Positions 10,573 through 21,283 of a stretch of DNA of 64,000 bases are shown here, piece after piece. Positions within the stretch are counted from its first letter, which is position 1, and each line of letters opens with the position of its first letter. A program made the position numbers and the translations under genes. The stretch covers positions 1-64,000 of the IMG/VR virus record IMGVR_UViG_3300044825_002608; one strand, 5' to 3'. A model generated the notes under the pieces. That model did no database searches and was not told where the DNA came from. It saw nothing but the letters and a program-made list of their open reading frames with translations. The DNA is from a virus.

Positions 10573-10641
10573 TTTATTAGGAAAATAAATATATACAAGA
10601 ATAATTCTTGTAAAGACTGTTCGTAACAGTATAAGTAAGTA

Positions 10642-11970
10642 ATGAAAAGATTCAATCAATTTCTCAAAGAAGCAACCTCAGCTTCAGTCCAAGCAAAGCG
10701 ACTTGGACTTGTTGGCGATGGGCACGGAGGGTGGTATAATAGGGCCACTGGCGAATTTGAGGCTAAAACCGTGGGTGGTCAACTCAAGTATTTCAACAAG
10801 AATCAGGTGATTGGGGGGAAAGACCCTAAACAAGGGGAGTTTGAGAAGAACATTCCTTTGGGTTCTTCTGCCCCAGTTCAAGCACCACCTCAAGAGCAGG
10901 TTCCAATGAATCAGCAGGAACTTCCCCAAGAACCTGCTCCAGAGGAAGTTCCATTAGTAACTCCACCACCAGTTCCTAAAACTAAAGGAACTCTGACAAT
11001 TGCATTTGGAAGGTTTAATCCTCCAACTATTGGACATCAGCAATTGATGGATACTGCTGCTATGGCAGCAGAGGAAGATGGTGGAGACTACATTATTGTT
11101 CCTTCACGCACTCAAGATAAAAAGAAAAATCCTCTAGACCCTGATACTAAAATATCATTCATGAGGAGGATGTTTCCCGAACACAGTGGAAGAATTGTTA
11201 ATGACGTAAATTACAATACTATTTTTGATGTTCTGAAAAAAGCACATAATGATGGATACACTAATGTGAGAATTGTCGGTGGTGCAGATAGGGTAAAAGA
11301 GTTTGAAAAACTTTCTAATAATTATAATGGACAATTGTATCAATTTGATGTGATTGAGGTTTTATCTGCAGGTGATAGAGATCCTGATAGCAACAAAGGT
11401 GTAGAGGGTGTGTCTGCATCTCGACTTAGACTTGCTGCGGCAGAAGGAGATTTTGTAACCTTTAGATCTGGACTACCTTCTGATGTAAAAAATAAAGAAG
11501 CACTTGAACTTTTTGATTTTGTTCGTTGGGGGATGGGTATTCAAGAAATACAACAAGAGGGATATAACACTTGGGAAATTGCTCCTAAATTTGATCAACA
11601 ATCTTTAAGAGAAAATTATATTGATGAAAATATTTTTAGGATTGGAACTTTTGTCGAAAACTTGAATACTGGATTAAATGGAAAGATTATCCGCAGAGGA
11701 ACAAATTATTTAATTTGTGTCACTGAAAATGGTATGATGTTTAAATCCTGGATCAAGGATGTTAAAGAATCTTATTCTGAAAAAATGATGTCAAGAATGA
11801 TGCGACTTCCTGGAAAACCAAATACTTTAACAGGAACACTTGGTTATTTTAAATACGCATCTAAAATGACACCAGGTGCAATTGGAGTTGGTGCTGAGAA
11901 TTTGCAAACAGGTGGAAAACCTTATGGTGTTAATTTCATAAATAAACATAGGAAAAAAGTAAAGCGTTAA
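10642..11970 (+). CDS. cytidyltransferase-like (HIGH-motif) nucleotidyltransferase with capsid-targeting-like N-terminus
   Basis: TIAFGRFNPPTIGH, VGGADR, SASRLR; N-terminus MKRFNQFLKEA. Confidence 0.8.
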   Translation: MKRFNQFLKEATSASVQAKRLGLVGDGHGGWYNRATGEFEAKTVGGQLKYFNKNQVIGGKDPKQGEFEKNIPLGSSAPVQAPPQEQVPMNQQELPQEPAPEEVPLVTPPPVPKTKGTLTIAFGRFNPPTIGHQQLMDTAAMAAEEDGGDYIIVPSRTQDKKKNPLDPDTKISFMRRMFPEHSGRIVNDVNYNTIFDVLKKAHNDGYTNVRIVGGADRVKEFEKLSNNYNGQLYQFDVIEVLSAGDRDPDSNKGVEGVSASRLRLAAAEGDFVTFRSGLPSDVKNKEALELFDFVRWGMGIQEIQQEGYNTWEIAPKFDQQSLRENYIDENIFRIGTFVENLNTGLNGKIIRRGTNYLICVTENGMMFKSWIKDVKESYSEKMMSRMMRLPGKPNTLTGTLGYFKYASKMTPGAIGVGAENLQTGGKPYGVNFINKHRKKVKR

Positions 11971-11979
11971 ATTCTTCTC

Positions 11980-13263
11980 ATGAAAAAGCATATTGCTGAG
12001 GATCTTCCTGCAAGAAAGCACCCACAGGCACAATTATCTACTCAAAATAAAAAACCACAAGGTAAAGATTCTGGTAGGGATGACGACAAGGGTGGTGAAA
12101 AAACTCCAGAAGAAAGAGTAAGACAAGCAGTTTACGATATTCGCTATCGTGCAAGAAGAGAAAATCTTCCTCTTCGTTCTGCATATTCTCAATATATGCA
12201 GAATAGTTCAATGGCAGAATCTGAAAAGGCAGAAGTAAGATCAAAACTATTTGGTAAAGGTGGAATGCAAGCAGAAGATTTTTCTATGGATATGAAAAAT
12301 TCTGCTTCAAACGCAATGGCGAAGGCACTTTATAAAGTGTTTGTTGATAATCAACCAGAAGTTGTTGCTGAAGATAAGTTAAAAGAAGAATTAGAAAAGA
12401 GAAGTAGTGCATCTGGAGAAAGAAAATATAAAGTTAGAGTAACTGATAAGGAAAGTGGAGTTACTTATACCAGATACGCAACCCGTGAAAAAATCAGTAA
12501 ACTTAGATCAAAAGGACTTGAGGTTGAAATGACCGAATATGGTACTCCATATGAGGGTGAAAGAACCAAAGGTGAAAAGACTGCACAAGTTTTAGGCAAG
12601 AGAGCGAAAAAAGATTATGATGGTGATGGTAAAGTAGAAAGTGGTGCCAAGGAATATCGTGGTGCAGTTCACAATGCAATTCAGCGTAGAAAGGGTGGTG
12701 TAGCTGATGGCAAAGATACTTCTAATGTAAAAGAAGAATTTATTGGTGAAGTATCAAGAATGGCAAATTTGCCACAAACTGATGCACCACAGTCTGTAAA
12801 TCCTGATGCTAACAATACTCCAATTGATGTTCTTCCTGCAAATAGAAAAAATAAAGTAATTGTAAATCCATCAAATACAATTCTTGCACACACAGAACCA
12901 TCAGGTGAAACTATTTGCGAAACTGGTTATTCTAAGTTTCTTGCGATTCTTCATGAAAAAAAGATGACTAAGAGTGAAAAATCCAAAGAAAAAAAATTAA
13001 AGAAAAAGTATGATCCTTCCGAAATGAAGGCAAGTATGAAGAAACAATATGGTGCAGAAAAGGGTGAAAAGGTTTATTTTGCCACAATCCGTAAGCAAGC
13101 AATGAAAGAGGAATCTGCATGTGAAACTGGTGACAAAATGAATCTTAAAAAAGATGAAAAGATGGATCCTCGTTCAATTCCAACTACAATGAGTCTGGCA
13201 AAAATGGGTGCCAGATACAGAGGAATGAAAAATCCTATTTTAATGATATCTCCAGATAAATAA
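11980..13263 (+). CDS. hypothetical protein, probably virion-associated
   Basis: 427-aa charged ORF with DYDGDGKVESG and KQYGAEKGEKVYFATIRK motifs. Confidence 0.65.
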   Translation: MKKHIAEDLPARKHPQAQLSTQNKKPQGKDSGRDDDKGGEKTPEERVRQAVYDIRYRARRENLPLRSAYSQYMQNSSMAESEKAEVRSKLFGKGGMQAEDFSMDMKNSASNAMAKALYKVFVDNQPEVVAEDKLKEELEKRSSASGERKYKVRVTDKESGVTYTRYATREKISKLRSKGLEVEMTEYGTPYEGERTKGEKTAQVLGKRAKKDYDGDGKVESGAKEYRGAVHNAIQRRKGGVADGKDTSNVKEEFIGEVSRMANLPQTDAPQSVNPDANNTPIDVLPANRKNKVIVNPSNTILAHTEPSGETICETGYSKFLAILHEKKMTKSEKSKEKKLKKKYDPSEMKASMKKQYGAEKGEKVYFATIRKQAMKEESACETGDKMNLKKDEKMDPRSIPTTMSLAKMGARYRGMKNPILMISPDK

Positions 13264-13290
13264 AACAGGATACTTTTTACGGAGGCCATT

Positions 13291-13476
13291 ATGTCTATCG
13301 CAGCATTAATTGCTTGGGCAAAGGCAAACGAAGCTCTTATTGCAACAATCTTGTTTGCACTTTCTGAAGTTTTAGGTGCCAATCCAAAATTTAAATCCAA
13401 CGGTCTTGTATCATTTGTTCTTCTTCAACTTCAAGGAAAACTGAAAGAAAAGGGTGCAAAGGATTTAACTCCCTGA
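13291..13476 (+). CDS. small membrane protein (holin-like?)
   Basis: 61 aa with hydrophobic segments; GGAGG RBS. Confidence 0.55.
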   Translation: MSIAALIAWAKANEALIATILFALSEVLGANPKFKSNGLVSFVLLQLQGKLKEKGAKDLTP

Positions 13477-13499
13477 GATTTAAATTAAAATAGTGTATA

Positions 13500-13536
13500 A
13501 AGGAGACCAAACTAAGGTCTCCTTTTTTTATAAATA
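13500..13536 (+). terminator. intrinsic terminator followed by T4-type late promoter
   Basis: AAGGAGACC/GGTCTCCTT stem, T-run, then TATAAATA at 13529-13536. Confidence 0.75.
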
Positions 13537-13566
13537 TCAGTATAATAAGAATTAAGGGTAAGAAAC

Positions 13567-14595
13567 ATGGCTCTTTGGGGCATTTCAACAATCTCTGAAA
13601 CTGCGGCAAATAATTACGCTATTCCAAAATTCTTAAAGGAGACTGATAGAAATAGAACTCCTTGGAATTGTTTTGCTGATGTCCGTGGTTGGGTTCAGAG
13701 AAGATACAAAACTAAAGTAAATTCCGGAATTTCTACAAGATATTATGATGAAGTTTTAGTTCCAGTTGTTGGTCTTAACAGCACCAATCTTGGTGGTACA
13801 ACCGGAATCGGAACAGCAGGTCCAGTTGCAGTATTTTTTGAAGATCCTAACCAAGCATCTCCAATTTCTGTTGGTGGTGGTGGAACGACTGGAATTACTA
13901 CAGGAACAACTGGATATGTTCATGTAGTATTTAATGAACTTGTTTTTGCAGGAGCAGGTGCAACTGTATTAATCCGCACTTTTGATGCAAACAATAATAA
14001 TGAATCTACATCAATTGTTGGAACAGCAGTATCTAATCCAAGCACTCAGTATGCTTGGGTAGGTGACGCCGCAACTCATGGATCTCCAAACGTCTATGAG
14101 AATTATAATGGACAAATCACTAATCGCGTAGCATTTGCTTTTACAGCACCAAGCACAGTTTTAACTGCAAATGTACCTTTCCTAACCACCGCAACTACAA
14201 CTGGTCAAACTGTTGCTATTGGTGGAACAGTAATTTGGGTTGACTCCGTTACTAATGTTTCAGTTGGCAGTTCACTTACAATTACTGGAAAACTTGCAAA
14301 CGTTCCTGTTGTTTCTGTTGGTAATACTTTTGTAACAATCGGTGCTGCAAATACAATTAGTTCAACAATCACAGCAGGTCTTGCCGCTACATTTAGCACT
14401 CGTACAAACGCCACTGTCCTTAAAATTGATTTACAAAGAGGATTTGTCGGAGTAATTACTGATGGATCTAACGGTGTTGGCGTAATTAGTTCATTCACCT
14501 CTCAATTCGGAGATGTTCTAATTCGCAATGTTGGTGGTGCTGGAACCACAGGATCTGTTGGACTTGGAACTACTACATTAACAGTAACTGCATGA
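13567..14595 (+). CDS. virion structural protein (Thr/Gly-rich)
   Basis: MALWG N-terminus, beta-rich composition, late promoter upstream. Confidence 0.65.
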   Translation: MALWGISTISETAANNYAIPKFLKETDRNRTPWNCFADVRGWVQRRYKTKVNSGISTRYYDEVLVPVVGLNSTNLGGTTGIGTAGPVAVFFEDPNQASPISVGGGGTTGITTGTTGYVHVVFNELVFAGAGATVLIRTFDANNNNESTSIVGTAVSNPSTQYAWVGDAATHGSPNVYENYNGQITNRVAFAFTAPSTVLTANVPFLTTATTTGQTVAIGGTVIWVDSVTNVSVGSSLTITGKLANVPVVSVGNTFVTIGAANTISSTITAGLAATFSTRTNATVLKIDLQRGFVGVITDGSNGVGVISSFTSQFGDVLIRNVGGAGTTGSVGLGTTTLTVTA

Positions 14596-14596
14596 T

Positions 14597-14968
14597 ATGA
14601 AATTTGATGAGTTGAACGAAGATAATTACTTATTATTTGCCATAAAATTCTATGATAACCCTCAAGCCTTAACTAAGGAGGATTTTGAGGATGATTTGAA
14701 AAGAATTAAATACATTAAAAGACTTTTGAAAAGATATAAAAACACTGGCGAATTGAAAGTTCATTTAATTCTAAATCATTTAACTGTTCTTTTTAATGTA
14801 TTCAATGATGCTGCAGTTCCATTACTATTTTATAACTTAGAAAAAGATCTTTGGCCATATATAAAAAGTTTTCTTTTATTTTTGAATAGATTTCCCGAAT
14901 ATCCTAAGACTGAAATTCATAATATACAAGAAGATAAAAAATGTTTGTCTAACTTGCAATCAATTTAA
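14597..14968 (+). CDS. conserved T4-like hypothetical protein
   Basis: FAIKFYDNP...DLKRIKYIKRLL...LILNHL. Confidence 0.75.
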   Translation: MKFDELNEDNYLLFAIKFYDNPQALTKEDFEDDLKRIKYIKRLLKRYKNTGELKVHLILNHLTVLFNVFNDAAVPLLFYNLEKDLWPYIKSFLLFLNRFPEYPKTEIHNIQEDKKCLSNLQSI

Positions 14969-15180
14969 TGGATAGAATAGATAAAATAATCTGTATTATT
15001 AGAAACTTGAAAGAAGAGAATGGGATGGTAACAAGTGGGATAACTAATGCTTCAAATAAATCTGGACTAGGATTTGATCCAAAAACCGAAAGTCCTCCAG
15101 TTTTTAAAAAGTATGCATATTTGGGAAGAGGATCTAGATCAAGATGGATGCAAAGAAGAAATAGTCCAAAAACAAACTAA
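14968..15180 (+). CDS. hypothetical protein
   Basis: 70-aa ORF coupled to the previous stop. Confidence 0.55.
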   Translation: MDRIDKIICIIRNLKEENGMVTSGITNASNKSGLGFDPKTESPPVFKKYAYLGRGSRSRWMQRRNSPKTN

Positions 15181-15247
15181 AATAAATATTGATATGATAA
15201 TTGACTAATTTCTTTATGGGTGGGTAAATATCGATCTTAAGAAAAAA

Positions 15248-15661
15248 ATGTTTAATCCAAATATATCCACCGATACAAAAATCGCTGTTCTTGAAGAGAG
15301 ACTTTCATCTTACGAACTTATGATGAAAAAAATTGACGAAGCAATCCAGATAATGGGTAGAACTAGTCAAAATATCAGTAAGATGCTTGCAGTTCATGAA
15401 GAAAGAATAGAGCAGTGTAATAAATCAGATGAATCAATTAGTAGAATGATTGATGATTTAAGAAGTGAAAATAGTAAACAACATGAGGAAGTTGCCTCAA
15501 GAATTGAAAAAATAGAAATTAAATTAGAGGACTTTGTAAAGTTCCGTTGGATTTTAGTTGGAATTGTCGCAGTTGCTACATTTGCAGTGTCGCAGTCCCA
15601 CCTAGTCGTCGATTTCTTGACACCAGACGCCCAACCTGTTAAAGTGGAAGCACATAAGTAA
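15248..15661 (+). CDS. coiled-coil protein with C-terminal TM helix
   Basis: Heptad-rich N-terminal part; WILVGIVAVATFAV hydrophobic segment. Confidence 0.65.
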   Translation: MFNPNISTDTKIAVLEERLSSYELMMKKIDEAIQIMGRTSQNISKMLAVHEERIEQCNKSDESISRMIDDLRSENSKQHEEVASRIEKIEIKLEDFVKFRWILVGIVAVATFAVSQSHLVVDFLTPDAQPVKVEAHK

Positions 15662-15673
15662 TATTCCATTGTA

Positions 15674-16645
15674 ATGGATCTGATTGACTCCAAGTATATT
15701 GGTCTTCTTTCTTCACGTCTGCAAAAATTTAAGAAAGTTAAAACCAATCTTTATAATTTTCGATGCCCCCTATGTGGGGATTCACAGCGGAATAAAAACA
15801 AAGCAAGAGGTTATTTTTATTCTGTAAAGAACAATACTAACTTTAAATGTCACAACTGCGGTGCTAGTCTATCCCTTAATAATTTCCTAAAAGAAATAGA
15901 CACTACACTTCATAAGCAATATACTTTAGAGAAATTTAAAGAGGGATTTACTGGTAAAGGATTTGTTGTTGAAGAACCCAAATTTGAGTTTACTAAACCG
16001 GTATTTAAATCTCAAATAAGTCTTCCCAAAGCAATAGAAAATCCTATTGCAAAAAAATATCTTGAGTCTAGAAAACTAGATCCTGAAAAGTTTTATTATG
16101 CAGAAAAATTTAAGCAGTGGACTAATGAACAAAAACTAACATTTGATAATATTGTCAGGGATGAAAGTAGGATTGTTATACCATTGTTTGGATTTGATAA
16201 AGAATTGCTAGGATTTCAGGGTAGAGCACTGGATTCTAGTTCTGTTAAATATATTACTGTGATGCTTTTTGATGACGTACCAAAAATTTATGGTCTCGAT
16301 TTAATTGATCAATCCAAACCAATTTACATTGTTGAAGGACCCTTTGATTCAAATTTTGTTAAAAATTCTATCGCTATGTGTGGTTCTGATGTTGATGTTA
16401 AAAATTTTGGATGGAATGATTACATATATGTTTTCGATAACGAACCACGAAATAAAGAAATTGTAAATAGGTTATCAAAAATTATTGATAATGGGAACAA
16501 GGTGATCATATGGCCAAAATCGATCGAACAAAAGGACATTAATGACATGGTTCTTGCTGGACATAATGTTATGGATGTGTTAAAATCAAATACCTACTCT
16601 GGTTTAGAAGCAAAAGTAAAGTTTACCGAATGGAAGAAAGTATGA
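15674..16645 (+). CDS. gp61: DNA primase (T4 gp61-like)
   Basis: Zn finger CPLCGDS...CHNC; TOPRIM VEGPFDS, FDNEPRN, KDINDM. Confidence 0.95.
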   Translation: MDLIDSKYIGLLSSRLQKFKKVKTNLYNFRCPLCGDSQRNKNKARGYFYSVKNNTNFKCHNCGASLSLNNFLKEIDTTLHKQYTLEKFKEGFTGKGFVVEEPKFEFTKPVFKSQISLPKAIENPIAKKYLESRKLDPEKFYYAEKFKQWTNEQKLTFDNIVRDESRIVIPLFGFDKELLGFQGRALDSSSVKYITVMLFDDVPKIYGLDLIDQSKPIYIVEGPFDSNFVKNSIAMCGSDVDVKNFGWNDYIYVFDNEPRNKEIVNRLSKIIDNGNKVIIWPKSIEQKDINDMVLAGHNVMDVLKSNTYSGLEAKVKFTEWKKV

Positions 16646-18939
16646 GTAACGAAACAAAAGTAATAAAAAGAAATGGATCTGTTGAGGGTCTAGAACTTAA
16701 TAAACTTCATATTATGGTTGAAGAAGCTTGCAAAGATCTTGCGGGAGTTTCTGCTTCTCAAGTTGAAATGCAATCTGGTATTCAGTTTTATGACGGAATC
16801 ACTACCGCTGAAATTCAAGAAATTTTAATTCGTTCAGCAAGTGATCTTATTAGTCTTGATCACCCAAATTATCAGTTTGTTGCTGCTCGTTTACTTCTCT
16901 TTTCTCTACGCAAGCAGTTGTTTGGACGTATGCATGAATGTCCATCAGTCCTTCAACATACCCAACGGTGTGTAGAAATGGGAGTTTATGATGCTGAAAT
17001 TTTAAGTCTTTATTCAACTGAAGAGTTTGAAAAACTTCAGTCATTTATTGATCATGATAGGGATTACTTGTTCACTTATGCTGGTCTTAGGCAAGTAGTC
17101 GATAAGTATCTGGTACAAGATCGCAGTACTAATCAAGTATACGAAACACCTCAGTTTATGTACCTTTTGATTGCTGCAACTATTTTTTCCAAGTATCCAA
17201 AAGAGACACGTTTAGATTACGTTAAGAGGTATTATGACGCAATCTCAAAACACAAAATCAACATTCCCACACCTATCATGGCAGGGGTGCGAACTCCACT
17301 TCGACAATATGCGAGCTGTGTTCTTGTTGATGTTGATGACACCCTCGATAGTATCTTTAGTAGCGATATGGCTATTGGTCGGTATGTTGCACAACGTGCA
17401 GGAATCGGCATCAACGCAGGTCGAATCCGTGGCATCAACAGCAAAATCCGTGGCGGAGAAGTTCAGCACACAGGTGTTGTCCCTTTCCTCAAGAAGTTTG
17501 AATCAACTGTCCGCTGCTGCACTCAAAATGGCATCCGTGGTGGATCAGCAACTGTCCACTTCCCAATCTGGCACCAGGAAATCGAAGACATCCTAGTACT
17601 AAAAAATAATAAAGGAACAGAAGATAATCGTGTTCGTAAGTTAGACTACAGTATCCAAATTAGCAAATTGTTCTATGAACGATTCATCCGTAATGAAGAG
17701 ATTTCTCTCTTCTCTCCTCACGCAGTTCCTGGTCTGTATGATGCTTTTGGTACTGATGGATTTGACGATTTATATGTATCTTATGAACGAGATGAGTCTA
17801 TTCCAAGAAAAACTATCAGTGCTCAAGAACTCTTTCTGGACCTCCTAAAAGAACGTGCTGAAACTGGTCGTGTTTATATTATGAACATTGACCACTGCAA
17901 TTCACACTCATCCTTTATGGATAAGGTTGAAATGAGCAATCTCTGCCAAGAAATTACTCTACCAACAAAACCAATTCAGCATATTGATGATACTAATGGT
18001 GAAATTGCCCTCTGCATCCTTTCTGCCGTTAATGTCGGAAAGCTTAAGCACTTTGATGATCTAGAGGAACTCTGTGACCTTTCAGTTCGTTCTCTTGATG
18101 AACTGATTGATTTTCAGGGATACCCTGTTAAAGCGGCAGAAATCGCCACAAAAGCACGTCGTTCCCTTGGAGTTGGTTATATTGGTCTTGCACACTATCT
18201 TGCTAAAAATGGTGTAAAATATGAAGATCAAAAGGCGTGGGAATTGACTCATGATTTAACAGAGGCATTTCAATACTATCTAATTAAATCAACTGTCGAA
18301 CTTGCTAAGGAAAAGGGTGCTTGTGAATACTCAAATCGAACCAAATATGGACATGGTATTCTACCTATCGACACTTACAAAAAAGACGTTGACGAAATCG
18401 TACCTAATAACCTAAAATATGATTGGGAGAGTCTTAGAGAGCAAGTTAAGCAGTACGGTGTTAGGAACTCAACACTGTCCGCACAAATGCCATCGGAGAG
18501 CAGTTCCGTTGTGTCAAATGCAACCAATGGAATCGAACCTCCTCGCGGATACTTGTCCATTAAGAAATCGAAGAAAGGACCACTTAAGCAAATTGTTCCA
18601 CAGTATCAAACCCTTAAGAACAATTATACGCTTCTTTGGGATATGCCTAGCAATCGTGGTTACATCAGTATTGTTGCTGTTATGCAAAAATTCTTCGATC
18701 AGGCGATTTCTGGAAACTGGTCCTATAATCCAGAAAATTATGCTGATAATGAAGTTCCTACTTCAGTAATGGCACAAGACCTCTTGACTACATATAAGTA
18801 TGGTTGGAAAACCAGTTATTACCAAAACACATATGATGCAAAGACTGATGAAGTGGAAGATTCCAAACCATCTCTCACTGATTTAGTCAATGATATTTTA
18901 AACACGGAGGAAGAAGATTGTGAGTCTTGTAAGATTTAA
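16642..18939 (+). CDS. nrdA: ribonucleotide reductase class Ia alpha subunit
   Basis: ATP cone VIKRNG, SCVL, SNLCQEI, MPSESSS, C-terminal CESCKI. Confidence 0.97.
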   Translation: MSNETKVIKRNGSVEGLELNKLHIMVEEACKDLAGVSASQVEMQSGIQFYDGITTAEIQEILIRSASDLISLDHPNYQFVAARLLLFSLRKQLFGRMHECPSVLQHTQRCVEMGVYDAEILSLYSTEEFEKLQSFIDHDRDYLFTYAGLRQVVDKYLVQDRSTNQVYETPQFMYLLIAATIFSKYPKETRLDYVKRYYDAISKHKINIPTPIMAGVRTPLRQYASCVLVDVDDTLDSIFSSDMAIGRYVAQRAGIGINAGRIRGINSKIRGGEVQHTGVVPFLKKFESTVRCCTQNGIRGGSATVHFPIWHQEIEDILVLKNNKGTEDNRVRKLDYSIQISKLFYERFIRNEEISLFSPHAVPGLYDAFGTDGFDDLYVSYERDESIPRKTISAQELFLDLLKERAETGRVYIMNIDHCNSHSSFMDKVEMSNLCQEITLPTKPIQHIDDTNGEIALCILSAVNVGKLKHFDDLEELCDLSVRSLDELIDFQGYPVKAAEIATKARRSLGVGYIGLAHYLAKNGVKYEDQKAWELTHDLTEAFQYYLIKSTVELAKEKGACEYSNRTKYGHGILPIDTYKKDVDEIVPNNLKYDWESLREQVKQYGVRNSTLSAQMPSESSSVVSNATNGIEPPRGYLSIKKSKKGPLKQIVPQYQTLKNNYTLLWDMPSNRGYISIVAVMQKFFDQAISGNWSYNPENYADNEVPTSVMAQDLLTTYKYGWKTSYYQNTYDAKTDEVEDSKPSLTDLVNDILNTEEEDCESCKI

Positions 18940-20104
18940 AACTAAACTAGAGGAGAAATCAATGGTCGAATCAATGACCGTTTTTAACTCTGAAGAAGTA
19001 GACACCAAGAAACAACCAATGTTTTTTGGTCAACCATTGGGAATACAGAGATACGATTCTTACAAGTATCCAATTTTCGATAAACTTACAACTCAACAAC
19101 TAGGATATTTTTGGAGACCTGAAGAGGTCTCTTTACAAAAAGATAGAGCAGACTATCAAACGCTTCGCCCAGAGCAGAAGCACATTTTTACGAGTAATCT
19201 TAAGTATCAAGTAATGCTTGATTCAGTTCAGGGTCGTGGTCCTGGTATGGCATTTGCACCATATTGTTCCCTTCCCGAACTGGAAGCATGTATGAAAGTA
19301 TGGGAGTTTATGGAGATGATCCACTCCCGTTCATACACTTACATTATCAAAAATGTTTATTCAGATCCATCTGAAATTTTTGATACAATCCTAAAAGATG
19401 ATCGCATTCTTGAACGTGCTGTGAGTGTTACTCAAGCATATAATGACTTCATCAATAGTGCCCATCATTATGGAACTTCTGAAGTTTGGAAATATGCCCA
19501 AGAACAAGTTCCACATGCACTAGGAGAAAGGTATGAACTCAAACGCAAACTGTTCAGAGCAGTTGCAAACGTTAATATTCTTGAAGGTATTCGCTTTTAT
19601 GTCAGTTTTGCTTGCAGTTTTGCTTTTGGCGAACTCAAGCTTATGGAAGGAAGTGCAAAAATCATCTCTCTAATTGCTAGAGATGAGAATCAGCACCTAG
19701 TCATCACTCAGAACATTCTAAACAAGTGGAAAGAAGGTGATGACCCTGAAATGAAGAAAATCTCTCAAGAAGAAGAACAGTGGGTTTATAGGACCTTTGA
19801 GGAAGCAGTTAATCAAGAAAAACTTTGGGCAGAATACCTGTTCAAGGATGGTTCTATGATTGGACTGAATGATAAACTTCTACAGCAATATGTTGAGTGG
19901 ATTGCAAATCGTCGTATGAAGGCAATTGGTCTTAAACCAATTTATGACATTCCAGCGAAGAATAATCCACTTCCATGGACAGAACATTGGATTTCCTCTA
20001 AAGGTCTTCAAGTTGCTCCACAGGAAACCGAAGTAGAATCCTACATAGTAGGTGGGATTAAACAAGATGTTACCAAGGATACTTTCTCAGGATTCCAACT
20101 ATGA
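18920..20104 (+). CDS. nrdB: ribonucleotide reductase class Ia beta subunit
   Basis: FWRPEE, EMIHSRSY, LEGIRFY, RDENQH, APQETE. Confidence 0.97.
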   Translation: MSLVRFKTKLEEKSMVESMTVFNSEEVDTKKQPMFFGQPLGIQRYDSYKYPIFDKLTTQQLGYFWRPEEVSLQKDRADYQTLRPEQKHIFTSNLKYQVMLDSVQGRGPGMAFAPYCSLPELEACMKVWEFMEMIHSRSYTYIIKNVYSDPSEIFDTILKDDRILERAVSVTQAYNDFINSAHHYGTSEVWKYAQEQVPHALGERYELKRKLFRAVANVNILEGIRFYVSFACSFAFGELKLMEGSAKIISLIARDENQHLVITQNILNKWKEGDDPEMKKISQEEEQWVYRTFEEAVNQEKLWAEYLFKDGSMIGLNDKLLQQYVEWIANRRMKAIGLKPIYDIPAKNNPLPWTEHWISSKGLQVAPQETEVESYIVGGIKQDVTKDTFSGFQL

Positions 20105-20226
20105 TGAATGGTGTGAACAGGACATCCTGAACGCTTATAAAGAAGCGGCAGCATATGATGATTTTCTTTTTGGAGATTATGATTATGAATCTGAGTGGTT
20201 AGGTAAAAAGAATGATGATGCGAATT

Positions 20227-20258
20227 GAGGGTCGAAAGACCCTCTTTTTTTATAAATA
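20227..20258 (+). terminator. intrinsic terminator followed by late promoter
   Basis: GAGGGTC-GAAA-GACCCTC, T-run, then TATAAATA at 20251-20258. Confidence 0.8.
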
Positions 20259-20285
20259 ATTTTATAAAAAAAATAAAAAGAAAAA

Positions 20286-21200
20286 ATGTCTAGACTTACT
20301 GGATCTGATGCTTTGGGATTAATCGAGGCATATTCTGCAATTTATTCTTCAGAAGAAGAAGAAGTTATTGAACTTACTGAAGAAGAAATTCAAGAAGATT
20401 TTGAAAACTGGGTAAATTCACTTGTAGAAGAAGGTTATGACCTCAGTGAATATACTTGGGAAGATATGTATGAGGAATACCTGAACGAAATGGGTCAGAG
20501 ACCAACAACAGGGCAAGCAAAAGCACCAATTTCGAATGCTCCATACCAATCCAGATTTGCTCGCCCAATGAATGCAGGAACTCCACAACAAACTGGAAGA
20601 GGAACTGCAGTATCTAGACCCCAGATCGGGGGTCTTCCTGCAAATTATAGAGGACAAGAACTTCAGCAAGCAGCAAGAGCAAGAGCATCTCAAGTAGGTA
20701 CTCCTAGACAAGGTTCTGCAGGCAGTGGTGCTGCCCCTTCTGCTGCTGCAAGAAGACCTGTTCCTGCTCCAACAAGACCTGTTCCATCCGCAACAGCAAG
20801 ACCAGGATCTGTAATGTCCAGACCTGCTCCTACTACTACAGCAAGAACTACAGCACCAGCATCTGCACGACCAGCATCTGCAGCACCAGCACAAACATCA
20901 ACTCAATCACCTGTTCTGGGTTATCAATTAGCACAGAGAGGAACAAATATTGGTAGTAATATTCTTCAACAGCAAAGACCTTCTCTCGCTCAACAGGCAG
21001 CAGAACTTCGTGCAATGAGACAAGCATCTCAGCAAAGACAAGGATTGACTCAGAGTTTCGATCCATTTGATGTTGTCATGGGTCATCTAATTGATGAAGG
21101 TTATGCTGAAAATGAAGAAGCAGCGGCAGTTATTATGGCAAATATGAGTGAAGAGTGGAGAGAGGAAATTCTCGAAGGATTCATGAATCAGGAAAACTGA
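20286..21200 (+). CDS. low-complexity protein, putative internal virion protein
   Basis: Acidic EEGYDLSEYTWEDM and DEGYAENEEAA modules flank an Ala/Pro/Arg-rich core; late promoter upstream. Confidence 0.65.
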   Translation: MSRLTGSDALGLIEAYSAIYSSEEEEVIELTEEEIQEDFENWVNSLVEEGYDLSEYTWEDMYEEYLNEMGQRPTTGQAKAPISNAPYQSRFARPMNAGTPQQTGRGTAVSRPQIGGLPANYRGQELQQAARARASQVGTPRQGSAGSGAAPSAAARRPVPAPTRPVPSATARPGSVMSRPAPTTTARTTAPASARPASAAPAQTSTQSPVLGYQLAQRGTNIGSNILQQQRPSLAQQAAELRAMRQASQQRQGLTQSFDPFDVVMGHLIDEGYAENEEAAAVIMANMSEEWREEILEGFMNQEN

Positions 21201-21283
21201 TTTAATTTTCAAAAATTTATTAAGTTTATTGAGGGTCTAAACAACCCTCCTTTTTTATAAATAACTAAAAAGTAAGAAAGAAG

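Noticed and set aside
3897-20104. Introns or inteins in gp43, uvsX, gp41, nrdA or nrdB
   Set aside because: All are continuous ORFs of normal length with no insertion evident.
20418-20894. Cys-rich minus-strand ORF (and the similar alternative-frame ORF 61703-62140)
   Set aside because: Shadow frames produced by GCA/ACA/GGT-rich codons of the real overlapping genes.
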